This document shows, piece by piece, positions 12,201 through 25,137 of a stretch of 64,000 bases of DNA; position 1 is the first letter of the stretch; each line of letters opens with the position of its first letter. The position numbers were made by a program, and so were the translations under genes. The notes under the pieces are model-generated. The model was not told where the DNA came from and did not search any database. It saw only the letters and a program-made list of their open reading frames with translations. This DNA is from Macrostomum lignano (taxonomy: Eukaryota): positions 372,001 through 436,000 of the forward strand of contig NIVC01000087.1 in NCBI GenBank assembly GCA_002269645.1, written 5' to 3'.

Positions 12201-15200
12201 CTTCAAGCCCTTGAATATCCAGTTCAATATCCACTTCCACCCCTTGAATATCCAGTACAATATCCACAATCCACTTCCACCCATTGAATATCCATTTCAA
12301 TATTCACTTCCACCTCATGAATAGCCATTTCAATATCCACTTCCACCTCATGAATAGCCATTTCAATATCCACTTCCACCTCATGAATATCCATTTCAAT
12401 ATCCACTTCCACCTCATGAATAGCCATTTCAATATCCACTTCCACCTCATGAATAGCCATTTCAATATCCACTTCCACCTCATGAATATCCATTTCAATA
12501 TCCACTTCCACCCATTGAATAGCCATTTCAATATCCACTTCCACCTCATGAATATCCATTTCAATATCCACTTCCACCTCATGAATATCCATTTCAATAT
12601 CCACTTCCACCTCATGAATATCCATCTCAATTTCCACTTCTTCCACCCATATATGTATTTCAATACCCACTTCCACCTTGAATATCCATTTCAACAATGC
12701 ATTCAATGCACAGATCATCGCTCAGCAGACCCCCAGACTCACAGCGGATGCTTTAAGCGCGGCCACGGCAGCCGGCGGAAGCAGGGGCAGCTGTGCAGCG
12801 TTAGCAAATTCTAGCGCCAATTCAACCGGACAGAAACCGGCCGGTCTCGGACAGCACCGATCAAGTAGGGTGCGCAGTCGGGCAAATAGCTTCTCAGTCT
12901 CGGTCCAGTCTATAGTAGATTGATGCTGATTGTCGCCGCTACCGCTGCAGAGCTTTACTGATTTCTGCTTTTGTTTGGAAGAGAAGCAAAGAAATTGTTG
13001 TAAAACAAATAACTATAAAATGGCTTAGAAAGGGAACTTCCTTGGGTGTGTAACAAAGTTGCGAGTGCTCGAAGACAGAGGCAGTCAAGTCAGAGATATA
13101 GGTTATTAAAAATGAACATGCCTCCCGTCTCGTGTCGCATATTTATGCTTGTCAGCGGGTGGAGTGAAGCACATGCATACAGGGGACACTACATATGCTA
13201 CGATAAAACTTCAGCTAGAAGGAGAGGGGGTGTTAAGGCTCGGCCTGGACCCATAAGCTGCCAATTCAGTCAGGCCTTTCTAATCTATCTAGATAGTTTA
13301 GAATTAATAGCTGTGTAAAATCATTTGGGTGTACACTTTGGGTGTAAATTGAGAGAGAGGGTTGATAGAGCCTCAGTACATACTGAAGCAAGGCATGTAT
13401 GTATATATACTTTATTATGGCTACACAAAACAAACACGACAACCGTTATATTAATGACTAATTTTGTTTAATTTTTTTATTCTACTATTACTATTAATTT
13501 ATAAATTTATTCACAGTTATTGCTTAGTTAACTGCAAATCTTTTTTCGCAACAGATACTTTTGTCTGTCTATGAAGATACGTGTGACCCCCAGACAACCC
13601 CGCGTTAGTCAACGACGATAAACAGACATTTGCAATTCAGAATACTACTCAGAGCCATAGACAATTGCAATTCAGAATACTACTCAGAGCCATAGACAGT
13701 TGCAATTCAGAATACTACTCAGAGCCATAGACAGTTGCAATTCAGAATACTACTCAAAGCCATAGACAGTTGCAATTCAGAATACTACTCAAAGCCATAG
13801 ACAGTTGCAATTCAGAATACTACTCAAAGCCATAGACAGTTGCAATTCAGAATACTACCCAAAGCCATAGACAATTGCAATTCAGAATACTACTCAAAGC
13901 CATAGACAATTGCAATTCAGAATACTACTCAAAGCCATAGACAGTTGCAATTCAGAATACTACTCAGAGCCATAGACAGTTGCAATTCAGAATACTACTC
14001 AGAGCCATAGACAGTTGCAATTCAGAATACTACTCAAAGCCATAGACAATTGCAATTCAGAATACTACTCAGAGACATAGACAGTTGCAATTCAGAATAC
14101 TACTCAGAGCCATAGACAGTTGCAATTCAGAATACTACTCAAAGCCATAGACAGTTGCAATTCAGAATACTACTCAGAGCCATAGACAATTGCAATTCAG
14201 AATACTACTCAAAGCCATAGACAATTGCAATTCAGAATACTACTCAAAGCCATAGACAGTTGCAATTCAGAATACTACTCAGAGCCATAGACAGTTGCAA
14301 TTCAGAATACTACTCAGAGCCATAGACAGTTGCAATTCAGAATACTACTCAAAGCCATAGACAGTTGCAATTCAGAATACTACTCAAAGCCATAGACAGT
14401 TGCAATTCAGAATACTACTCAGAGCCATAGACAATTGCAATTCAGAATACTACTCAAAGCCATAGACAGTTGCAATTCAGAATACTACTCAAAGCCATAG
14501 ACAGTTGTAATTCAGAATACTACTCAAAGCCATAGACAGTTGCAATTCAGAATACTACTCAAAGCCATAGACAGTTGCAATTCAGAATACTACTCAAAGT
14601 CATAGACAATTGCAATTCAGAATACTACTCAAAGCCATAGACAGTTGCAATTCAGAATACTACTCAAAGCCATAGACAATTGCAATTCAGAATACTACTC
14701 AGAGCCATAGACAGTTGCAATTCAGAATACTACTCAAAGCCATAGACAGTTGCAATTCAGAATACTACTCAAAGCCATAGACAGTTGCAATTCAGAATAC
14801 TACTCAAAGCCATAGACAGTTGCAATTCAGAATACTACTCAAAGCCATAGACAATTGCAATTCAGAATACTACTCAAAGCCATAGACAGTTGCAATTCAG
14901 AATACTACTCAAAGCCATAGACAGTTGCAATTCAGAATACTACTCAAAGCCATAGACAGTTGCAATTCAGAATACTACTCAAAGCCATAGACAATTGCAA
15001 TTCAGAATACTACTCAAAGCCATAGACAGTTGCAATTCAGAATACTACTCAAAGCCATAGACAATTGCAATTCAGAATACTACTCAAAGCCATAGACAAT
15101 TGCAATTCAGAATACTACTCAGAGCCATAGTTGCCATTCAGTCTACTACTCGTACTCAAAGCCATAGACAGTTGCAATTCAGAATACTACTCAAAGCCAT

Positions 15201-18200
15201 AGACAGTTGCCATTCAGTCTACTACTCGTACTCAAAGCCATAGACAATTTGCAATCCAGGCTACTCAGATAACAAAAGCTCACCAGAACATCCTGATAAG
15301 CTTCTATAGCCATTTTTTTCATGATATCCTCGCCGTGTTGTTGTACAGACTTGAATTCTGATGACTCGGCGTCGCAGCTGGAGCTGGGCTGTAATAAGAA
15401 AAAATGAATAGTAGAAAATTTATATAACCGTTCTTGAACATACGGAAAATATCCGCTGGTACAGATTTGTATATGTAACGACGTGTGGGAGAACACAAGA
15501 AATAAATGACTTTTATTACTAACTCTAAAAGGTTTGAATAAAATTTAAATACTACATGTGCATTGAATTGAGCTAGTATTGGTCTCCACAGAAACTGATT
15601 CAATTTAACTAGCTAAATTTATACGCATCACATGCAGATAATTTACTAAGCAATACAAAATAATTACCATAATTAGTATTGATGATGATGAGAGACGGAT
15701 AGCCTCGTACCAGAAACTTTTATCACCCAATGAGAATTTTGACTATCAAAAATACTCTCTCTTTACTATAGTATCCAGTAGGGTAAGCATCTCAATAATA
15801 AATAAGATTAATTCTGTATATTTACAACGACGACAGTACAACACTTACAGGGTGCGGATTTGTATTCGTTAAAAATGGATGGTTGGCTTGAGAATAACAA
15901 AATACAGTACAGGATAAGTTGGAGGTACAGGTAAGACTCCGACCAAGTGCTCGACGCGACTCGACTCCATTTGAGGAATTTGAATTATAATTACAAAGCA
16001 CATAAAGTAGCACTGTACTTTAAAGTACGCTTTATGAGCGATTCGAGAGGTGGCTTACATGCCATTTTAGGTGTTTTATGGGCCATTTTAGAGGTGTTTT
16101 ATGGGCCATTTTAGGGTGTTTTATGGGCCATTTTAGGGTGTTTTATGGGCCATTTTAGGGTGTTTTATGGGCCATTTTAGGGGTGGTTCATGAGCAATTT
16201 TAGGGGTGTTTTATCGGTCATTCTAGGGGTGATTTATGGCCCATTTTAGTGTTTGATGAGCAATTTTAGGGGTATTTATGGGCTTCTCTGAGGCTGGTTT
16301 AAGCGCGATTTTAGAGGGTGTGAGCTCTCACAGACTCTCTATTTTACTTTTACTCCTCTAACAAACAATATACATTTGAACAATTATATTTTTCGAAGAA
16401 AAATCGATACTTAACTAGTCAAAAATTGCAAGCTCGGCCGGACTCAAGGTACAGGGGTATCGCTTATAGAGATTTTAGTATCAAAAAACGGTTTTCTAAC
16501 TTTACGGAGCAGCTACATTTTTAAATCACATGTGACGAAAAAATTATAACTGTATAAATATTAACGCACACAACAAAGCGACAATAACTTTTATTATGTA
16601 CAAATAAAGCACTTACAGTCCAGTGACCAGATATTGTTATTTGGGCACGTTTCTTACGCAGTGCCTTCTGTTGAAGCAGAAACAGAAAACAGAACAAAGT
16701 AGAAGCGAGTGGATTTGGGGCAGGTTATGCGAGCGATATAAAATGGGATTAAAAATCACTGCCAATCAAAGGTTAATTATTAATATGTGAGATTGTCTCT
16801 GTATTAAACGATTTCAAGTGTGGATTAATCAAACTTCAATATTTTAATAATGAATACAGCTACATCATTTTAATATTTAACCCTGAGCCAACATAATTAT
16901 AAACAGCATTCTGGTGCACAAAGGTCCTAAAATGTCACTCTGAGACTCAATGGCACCAAAATGTCACTCTGAGACACAGTGGTCCCAAGGTGTCACTCTG
17001 AGACACAATGGTCCTAAATTGTCACTCCGAGACACAATTGTTCCAAATTGTCACTCCGAGACACAATGATACCAAATTGTCACTCCGAGACACACTGGTT
17101 CCAAAATGTCACTTTGATACACAAATTATCACTCTGATACATAAATTGTCACTCTGGTACACAAAGTGTCACTCTGAGGCACAAAATGTCACTCTGCGAC
17201 ACGAAATGTCACTCTGCGACACGAAATGTCACTCAAAGACACGAAATGTCATTCAAAGACACGAAATGTCACTCAAAGACACGAAATGTCACTCATAGAC
17301 ACGAAATGTCACTCAAAGACACGAAATGTCACTCAAAGACACGAAATGTCACTCAAAGACACGAAATGTCACTCAAAGACACAATGGTGGCAAAGTGTCT
17401 GAGGCTACAAAAAATGCTGAGATTTATAATTCACCAAAAATAAATTTATTACATTCTTATAATCCCAGTGTCTCACACAACACAATGCCAATTCAAAATC
17501 AACCGCAAAATAAAATAGAACGTTACTACAGCAAAAACAACAACACTTACCGTTGTTGACCGCCTCTTAATTTCATTAGTCGACTTGCCTCCACTACCGC
17601 CGCTGCCGCCACCGACAGCAGGCGCGCCAGACTGGCCAGTAGCGACCTGTTCAGCGGCCAGCTTCAACAGACCATCGCTAATTGATCGCGACGGCAGCTT
17701 GGGCGGAGCGGCGCCGGCGACGGCCGCATCGACGACGACCGAGGAGGCATTCGATCGATGCCTGACGGGCACAGCCGGCGGGATGCTGGCCTCGGAGGAG
17801 CAGGGAGAGTCCGGACACTCCGAACAGGGCCGGACAACTAGGCGAACGAATTTCTGGTCTGGACAGGGCCGGTTAGAATTTTAATAGTATTACAGAAATC
17901 TAGCTAGGCGGAAAAACCGAATAAAAGACACATATTCTACTATAAGTAGGACGAATTCAAAAAAAGAAGAAACAAATTAAAAAGAGCTTTAACAGTAGAA
18001 ATACTCGAACTTTCGGGCTAATTTTTTTTGTGCCCTAATAAACTCTACTATAAGTAGCACAGCTTGAACCGAAGCATAATTTATAGTGCAAATTTGACAG
18101 AAAATCGTTTGAATAGAGGCCGGCACTGAAGCTTTATGCTATAGAAAATACCTAAGCGGCTAGTGGAATAATTACAACGCAACAAGCAATAAGCCTGTGT

Positions 18201-18696
18201 CGCAAAATCGTACGTAATTCCAGTCGGGCGATGCGCAAACGTCATCGAAATTATATGCGTTAATTTTTAAGCCTAATTGCGCCTGCAGAGATCAGCAAGA
18301 CTAGACTGTGGGCGCTTATTTACCATAGCCTAGATACGGAAGACATTTTACTGGTTCATGATACCGAGAGAGAGAGAGAGTTAGTTTGGCTTCAGCCCAG
18401 CTAACTGCGCCGTCTCTGGCTAAATTGAAAAACATTTTCATAAAGCTGCCCTAAAAATGTAGGGCAATTGCGTGTAGCCATAGCGGTTTCCTTATTTAAG
18501 ACTTGGAAATCTATATTATCAACCACTGACCTTATAATACGAATGTTACAGGCGAAATGGGAAGAAACTATAGAGTTTAGGAGAATTATAGCAATTGAAA
18601 ACAAATTTTGTAAAATACTCATTAACTAACAAAAATCACGGCAGGAAGGCAGACTGGAAAACAACAGATAAGCGAACAGACAGATACAGGCACTAC

Positions 18697-18739
<43 letters not shown>

Positions 18740-19082
18740 TTACACAAAGACAGACAGACAGACACTAAGACAGACACAGACAGACAGACACAGACAGACA
18801 GACAGACAGACAGACAGACTTACACAAAGACAGACAGACAGACACTAAGACAGACACAGACAGACAGACTTACACAAAGACAGACAGACACAGACAGACA
18901 GACACAGACAGACAGACAGACAGACAGACTTACACAAAGACAGACAGACAGACACTAAGATAGACACAGACAGACAGACAGACACAGACAGACAGACAGA
19001 CAGACAGACTTACACAAAGACAGACAGACAGACTTACACAAAGACAGACAGACAGACACTACGACAGACACATACAGACAGA

Positions 19083-19120
<38 letters not shown>

Positions 19121-19647
19121 GCACACAGACACACACATTTTCTGTCATTACCTTCCCATTAAATAAATAAATAATAATGAAAGCCAGATTTGCGCACACG
19201 TGAAGCAATAACACAGATGCACCGCACTCAATCTTACCTTTAATCATGCGCACCACCTTCTCGTGCGAGGCGCTGCCAACGTGTTCGCCATTCACTTTGA
19301 TAATCTGGTCACCGATGCGAGCGCCCGCCCTGTAGGCTGGACCATCTGATGGTCAGTGATTAAGAGACCCGTGTTGTAAGTGAAATCAAACTCAGCATCA
19401 ATCCAGTAATCCACTCATGAAATCCATATTTAACACATTAAATGCCTGCTTACCTTTGGCTACATTTTTAATAGTGACTGGATTCTGGCCGTGAACATGC
19501 AGGCCATAGCCTTTTTCATCTTTGCTGATGAGAATCTCCTTAGCTCCAATTTCCAAACCTAATAAAATTAAATTAGATAATTATAAACTGCAATTATTGC
19601 TGCTCAAATATGCACAATGTGTTCAAAGAGTCCTTACCCAAAGGCAT
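3231..19647 (-). CDS. RhoGEF2: PDZ-RGS(RH)-domain Rho guanine nucleotide exchange factor (RhoGEF2/ARHGEF11/ARHGEF12 family), 5' part; 11 exons; DH-PH portion expected off the left edge
   Basis: Hand-spliced exons (minus): 19647-19638, 19558-19454, 19345-19238, 17858-17551, 15388-15284, 12967-12743, 7709-7533, 6810-6709, 6482-6324, 3976-3854, 3542-3231. All are phase-compatible and stop-free. PDZ: [85 protein letters not shown], resembling the LARG/PDZ-RhoGEF PDZ. RH-like: [12 protein letters not shown]...[44 protein letters not shown], resembling the RhoGEF2 'AYEIHSTFL..RAPL' segment. Linker exons are less certain than the domain exons. Confidence 0.85.
4229..6210. repeat. ~2-kb polypurine (GA-rich) low-complexity/short-period repeat
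   Basis: The plus strand is almost exclusively A/G, built from GGGAAGAGAAGAGAGGGGGGAGAGAGAAGA-type units. Confidence 0.95.
6820..7245. repeat. Degenerate ~40-bp GT-rich tandem repeat
   Basis: Recurrent GTACATTGTGGGGTGGTGGGTTAGGAGTGAGGATGACTG units. Confidence 0.8.
7994..12690. repeat. 33-bp minisatellite array (~4.7 kb) with 858/627-bp higher-order blocks
   Basis: Unit AATATCCAGTTTAATATCCACTTCCAGCCCTTG. The variant marker TAAATAAACAG occurs at ~8839, 9697, 10324 and 11182. Confidence 0.97.
13628..15262. repeat. 35-bp minisatellite array
   Basis: Unit GCAATTCAGAATACTACTCAAAGCCATAGACAGTT, highly homogeneous. Confidence 0.97.
16062..16300. repeat. 22-bp degenerate tandem repeat
   Basis: Unit ATGGGCCATTTTAGGGTGTTTT. 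Confidence 0.8.
16928..17385. repeat. 20-bp minisatellite
   Basis: Unit ACGAAATGTCACTCAAAGAC, more diverged toward the left end. Confidence 0.9.
18695..19135. repeat. (GACA)n compound microsatellite
   Basis: GACA/CAGA runs interrupted by CTTACACAAA and CACTAA. Confidence 0.93.
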
Positions 19648-21387
19648 GGCTAGATTAGTCAGCAATAAAAACTTCCATTGAGTTGTTGAACAAAAAATAC
19701 AGGAAAGATAAACTTCTCTTTATGTATAAAGAAATAATGGCATTTATTGTGATGGCCTTAAATAAAACTTGATAGATTCTATTTTTATTCTATTTAGTAT
19801 AGCTATAAAATATTGACATTTTTATTTGTTAAAAACCATACCAGATTCAAAAAAGCATTTTTGTTTGGAACCTAATCTAACTATAGTTTGGGTTTACACA
19901 AATATTATCTTTCTAAGTTTTAAGCATATTAGTTATAAATAGTGTTAGCCATAGACATAGGCCCTAAGACTCAAGTAAGGAAATTAAGGAAAAAAATACT
20001 AAGAATTTAGAATGCATCTGTTAACTTACTTAACTTTTTCTAACAATACTCAACTATATCTATGACTGCTATTTAGTACTTGGCCCAATACAAGTATTAA
20101 TACTAAATCTCCCTAAAATTACAAAAAATATTGCACATATATAAAATTTTGAAATATATAAAGAAAAATAAGTGGCATATAAAATGTGCATGTTAGTTCA
20201 AAACAAAATTATTCAATAAGCCATACTTATAAAATGTTATTAAGAATGAAGTTTTACATGTGGCCTTATCTTGCTTTTGATTTAAAAAATAAGCAAAAAC
20301 TAAAAGTATTCTTTTGTGCCAATACAAAATAAAAATGAAATAAATAATTTTAACATTAGGTAATAGTAGAGCCTAACTATGGTTTGAGTATTTTATATTC
20401 CTAAATATATAGGAAATAAGTATTAAGAGTAAGGAAAAGTTAACACAATTCTTATTTTTTTAATAAAAAATGAAAATGACAAAAAAAATGAAAAGTTCTA
20501 ATATTGAAATTGCCTATGTAAATAACTAAGTAGCCCTATAAAAATCTACATATACTAAAAAAGATGAGATGTTTGGGTATTCAAATTTTTCTCCTAGACT
20601 ACTGGCAAGTTGGCGTCAAAACTTATATGGGAAAACTGAAAATTTTCTGGGTTAGACTAGCTTGTATAGGCTATAAATTCTGAAAATGTGTGGATGCACA
20701 TCAAGGGTTCAGCAAAAATGTACCAAGGGGTCACTCTCCAAAGTACATGGGCCACATCAAGGCAGGTACCTTAAAGTCACTCACAAGTGGCTATAATCCA
20801 GATCATGCTGAGTGCATGCCAGAATGCTCTAAACCAATGCACACTGATGCCAAGCAAATGCACACCAACACTAATAAACTTTTTGCAGTTGTAACAATAA
20901 AATAACTTTTTACAGTAACTATATTTTATGGTGTGGCCATTTTGTGCATGGCTGTTTTGACATGGAGTCCAAGCACTGCACTGCACCATTCTAAGCATCA
21001 CCTCATAGAAAATATGCCATGCTGCAGGGTCATTTTGAAAATATGCTAGATAGTTGTCTGCCATTTAGCAACTTTTTTCTAGTAGGGATAAAACAGGATG
21101 TTTATCATTATTACTAATTAGATAATAGATAATATAAAAGTAATTTATTTAAGTCTTAGCAATAAAAAACTGTTAATATCAATATATTATTAAATTAATA
21201 GTTCATAATTTTTATACTAAAATATACTTTGGGCCATGTCTAGACTATAGCATAAGCTATAAAAAATTAAACCTTATTAAAATATTGCCTTTGAGATTAA
21301 AGAGGAGAGAGAGAGAGGGAAAAGAGGAGAGAGCAAGAGAAATGAAAGAAGAGAAACAGGCAAGAAAAGTGATATACAAAGTGAAAA

Positions 21388-21770
21388 TTAAGTCGCAATC
21401 AGGAGGAACTAAGTTGCAATCAAGAACTAAGTCGCAATCGGGAGGAACTAAGTCGCAATCCAGAAGAACTAAGTTGCAATTGGGAGGAACTAAGTTGCAA
21501 TTGGGAGGAACTAAGTCGCAATTGGGAGGAACTAAGTCGCAATCAGGAGGAACTAAGTCGCAATCAAGAGGAACTAAGTCTCAATCAGGAAGAACTAAGT
21601 CACAATTGGGAGGAACTAAGTGGCAATCAGGAAGAACTAAGTCTCAATCAAGAAGAACTAAGTCGCAATCGGCAGGAACTTAGTCGCAATCGGCAGGAAC
21701 TAAGTTGCAATCGAGAGGAACTAAGTCACAATCAGGAGGAACTAAGTCGCAATCGAGAGAAACTAAGTAG
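21388..21770. repeat. 21-bp minisatellite
   Basis: Unit AAGTCGCAATCAGGAGGAACT. Confidence 0.9.
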
Positions 21771-24071
21771 TCTTGAATCCCATATTCTAAATCGTCTTAA
21801 AATCCTCTGTAAAGCCTTTCAAATACCATATTTTGTTTTCCTGTTTGCAAAAACTGTCTTCCATTGTCCAGACTCAGACTCTCATGTCTCCTTTGCATTC
21901 TTGCCGTTACTCTCTCTATTATTACTCTCCCTCTTTATTTATCTCTTCTCCCTCGTGTTTCGTCTGTACCCTCTTCTCTCTAATCTTTAATGTGTCATCT
22001 CTAATCTGTCCTCTCTCATATCTACTCTCTTTTCTATCATCTCTCCTTTTTTGTTCACTCTTCTCTATACTTTCTCTTTTCTGACTCATTTAATGTGCCA
22101 AATCCATTGAAATCCTCTCTGTAAAAATGAGCTCTATCAAAATCTCTTCATGAGACTGAACTTCATCAAAATCCCTTTTGATAAACTACAAATATATCTT
22201 TTTCTCGGAGGACTCTCACTTCTTTGGCCATCAGTCTCAGTCTCGGAATCTGAGTCCAAATGAATGGCTGTATTGTGGTTGGATATCAGCATCAATTGAT
22301 GGTCAAGTTTCTATAGCAATAGATTTAGCATGAGCAGTGCGCTGTCGTACAAATTCTGTCTCAAGACTTCTAGTTTCTTCTTTATTTCAAAAACAGCTTT
22401 TCAGCTAACATTACTCGAGAAGAATAATGTCATTGCATCTGCACCATGAATTTCAATTTTTTGCATTCTGCATAGATAGATCTCTGTTAAAAGCAACAAC
22501 CTCTGGATTTTGCACTGCCATTAACAGTCCCTCTCTGTGTGAGCTTGCTGAACATTGGGATGGTGGTGCATGCTTCTAGTTCCCTTGAATGTGCTGCAGC
22601 TGCACCATCAACTGATCCCCCAGGCTGCACTTAAGATTGCTGGTAAATTTTCTTCTAATATCCAATGCGTACCACAACAATCATTAACTTCTCCAGGAGT
22701 TACATGACCAAGTTTCCATTGTGTAAAGAGCAATGGCTTTTGCTCTTCAGCTGCAGAAAGGAGATACTAGTTGATGGAATAGTCTTCATGACCATTTTCA
22801 TTCCATTCATGTGCAAGATTCAATACATAGTCAGGTGCAAGTCTATCTTTAAGTGAAGTATATAATGACTCAAAGAACGTACACCTATATATATATATAG
22901 GTGTACATATGAGTGTATATATACAAGTTAGTTTGCCAGACATACAGTACAGTATGTAGGGAGTATAGCCTACAGGGTACAGGCTACAGTGCAGTTTAGT
23001 ACTGCATAAGTGAATAAGTGAATAATAAATAAATCGGGAAAGAGAGTGAAGGTAGGAAAAGAGAAGAGAAATGAGGTACTTCCATTTTTCAATAAGCGTG
23101 CTACCCCTCCCCCTGGTCTTTCAGTGTGGTGGCACATAGGTAAGTCGCAAATCTGGACAAAACTAAGTTGCACTGGACAGGTGAAATTTTGAGGTTGGCC
23201 ATGTATGTATCTATAATGAAGGTTATACTTGCTTTATTGATCAATATATAGGCCTAAATATTTTAGCAATAGAAATTTATTTAATTCTATTGTTCTGTTG
23301 TTTTATATATTTAAATTTAATTTAAGTAGGCCTATTTATTTAACTATTTATTTATTAACATTAGTATTAAGTCCTAAATATATTGTCAAATAGAAAAATT
23401 ATAAAGCTACTAGACCTTATTTCATAATTAGGCCTAAGATTTAAATTGATATTTAATTTGTTTAATAGAAACTGCTTTTAGTTTTTAGCTATATTTTAGT
23501 CTTTAAAGCTTAGATTAAAAAATGCTATTAAAGTTCTATTATATTGAATCAAAATAATAAAATTACTAATAAAATAACAACTTAGACTCTAAATAAACTT
23601 ATATAATATAGAATATATATATAGGCCTATTTTAGAGATAATTAGAGATCATCTTTCACTAAAGCATAAGATACTTTTTCTAGTCTTTTCTAAATTTTAT
23701 ATCTTAATTATAGTTTTTGAAATTAGATCTAATTCTAATATTAATTCAAGATTTCTATTTTAGTAACCAATAGTATATACTAGAATTTATTTTGAAGACC
23801 CATAGCACCCAGCCTAGAGAAAGGGGTATAAAGGGGATTTTTATTTGAAATTTTGGAGGGAGACTAGAGGGGATAATTTTTTCTTTGAATTATTTTGGCA
23901 AAGGGACCTAGGCCCCCTTCTCATGGCTATGCCATTGTATGTAATATTCTATAGCATTAATAGTTACTAATAGCCAAGCAAAAAAGCCATTTAAATAGGG
24001 CATTTATTATTTGCCTAATGACTAGATGAATAGCAAAATGGTTTTTATTTTGGTTACTAGACAAATAGCTA

Positions 24072-25137
24072 CACCATTTTACCTCCTATTTTGAACAAAG
24101 TCTTGTTCAAAAGAAACAAGCAGAACTTCAATTCAAACACTTTAAGAAATAACAGCCTTTGCGGAAATTCAAATTAAACAAAGTCCTTTTCTATTGACAT
24201 AGAAGAACTTCAATTCAGACTGTCTATGGCCAAAATTTTCCCCAAATGACGCGCATGCGCAGATTTGAAATTGAAAAGAAACAAAGTCATATTCTATTTC
24301 AACAGAGATTTTTGCACATAGATACAAGTACATTTTAGTACATTAATCTACAGTGTGCTATTGTTTTAAGCAACAGTGACAGAGACTGTATCATCAGGGC
24401 TGCTGTTCGTGGAGATGACTTGTGGAACTGGCACACCAACTTGGAGTCAAGAGGTCAATGGCAAATACGATTGTGAGGTCAGGGAGAGTGGAAAAGCAGT
24501 CTACAAGATTGCGGACACCATTCAGTTCAAGCAGCTTCCATCATACAGTCCATTTTTGAGTCCTGTGGAGAACTCAATCTCCTGTTAGAAGGACACTCTG
24601 AAGAGAAAACTGGCAGCAGACCAGCAAAACTTCATTGCTCCAATAGCTAAGCAGCATGGGAATCAATCAATGGCGGCCTATTGGCGAGACATTCCGCACA
24701 ACTTAGTGGACAGAACCATTGGCTTCATCTCCGTGGATAAATGCATTGAGTGGTTCAACCATGTGTTTACATACATCCCTCGCTGCGTTGGTGGATAGGC
24801 AATTAATGGTTATTGGTTGGATGTCTCAAGTTGGCCAACTGACACTGTCTTGTTTCTGTTTTTCATTTTATTCTTGTGTTAGTCAATATGCTGTGTTTTA
24901 TCCCTTTGTTGAAATAGAATATGACTTTGTTTCTTTTGAATTTCAAATCTGCGCATGTGCATCACTCGGGGACAACTTTGGCCATAGACAGTCTGAATTA
25001 AAGTTTTTCTGTTTCAACAGAAAGGGACTTTGTTTGATTTGAATTTCGCAAGGGCTGTTATTTCTTAAAGTGTTTGAATTGAAGTTCTGCTTGTATTTTT
25101 TAACAAGACTTTGTTCAAAATAGGAGGTAAAATTGTA
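24072..25137 (+). mobile_element. Internally deleted Tc1/IS630-like DNA transposon with ~230-bp TIRs and a TA target duplication
   Basis: 24072-24305 is the reverse complement of ~24905-25137. The interior encodes QFKQLPSYSPFLSPVENSISC (the LPPYSPxLNPIE DDE motif) and GFISVDKCIEWFNHVFTYIPRC. Flanked by TA at 24070-71 and 25138-39. Confidence 0.85.

Noticed and set aside
7953-12814. [11 protein letters not shown] / [11 protein letters not shown] repeat ORFs resembling solenoid proteins
   Set aside because: They are translations of a 33-bp minisatellite open on both strands, with nucleotide-level identity and scattered stops, inside an intron.
16062-16300. TTTTAGGG motifs suggesting interstitial telomeric repeats
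   Set aside because: They are embedded in a 22-bp unit and are not contiguous telomeric hexamers or octamers.
21285-21683. GGTKSQS repeat ORF
   Set aside because: It is a translation of a 21-bp minisatellite plus GA low-complexity sequence, with no ATG start or splice support.
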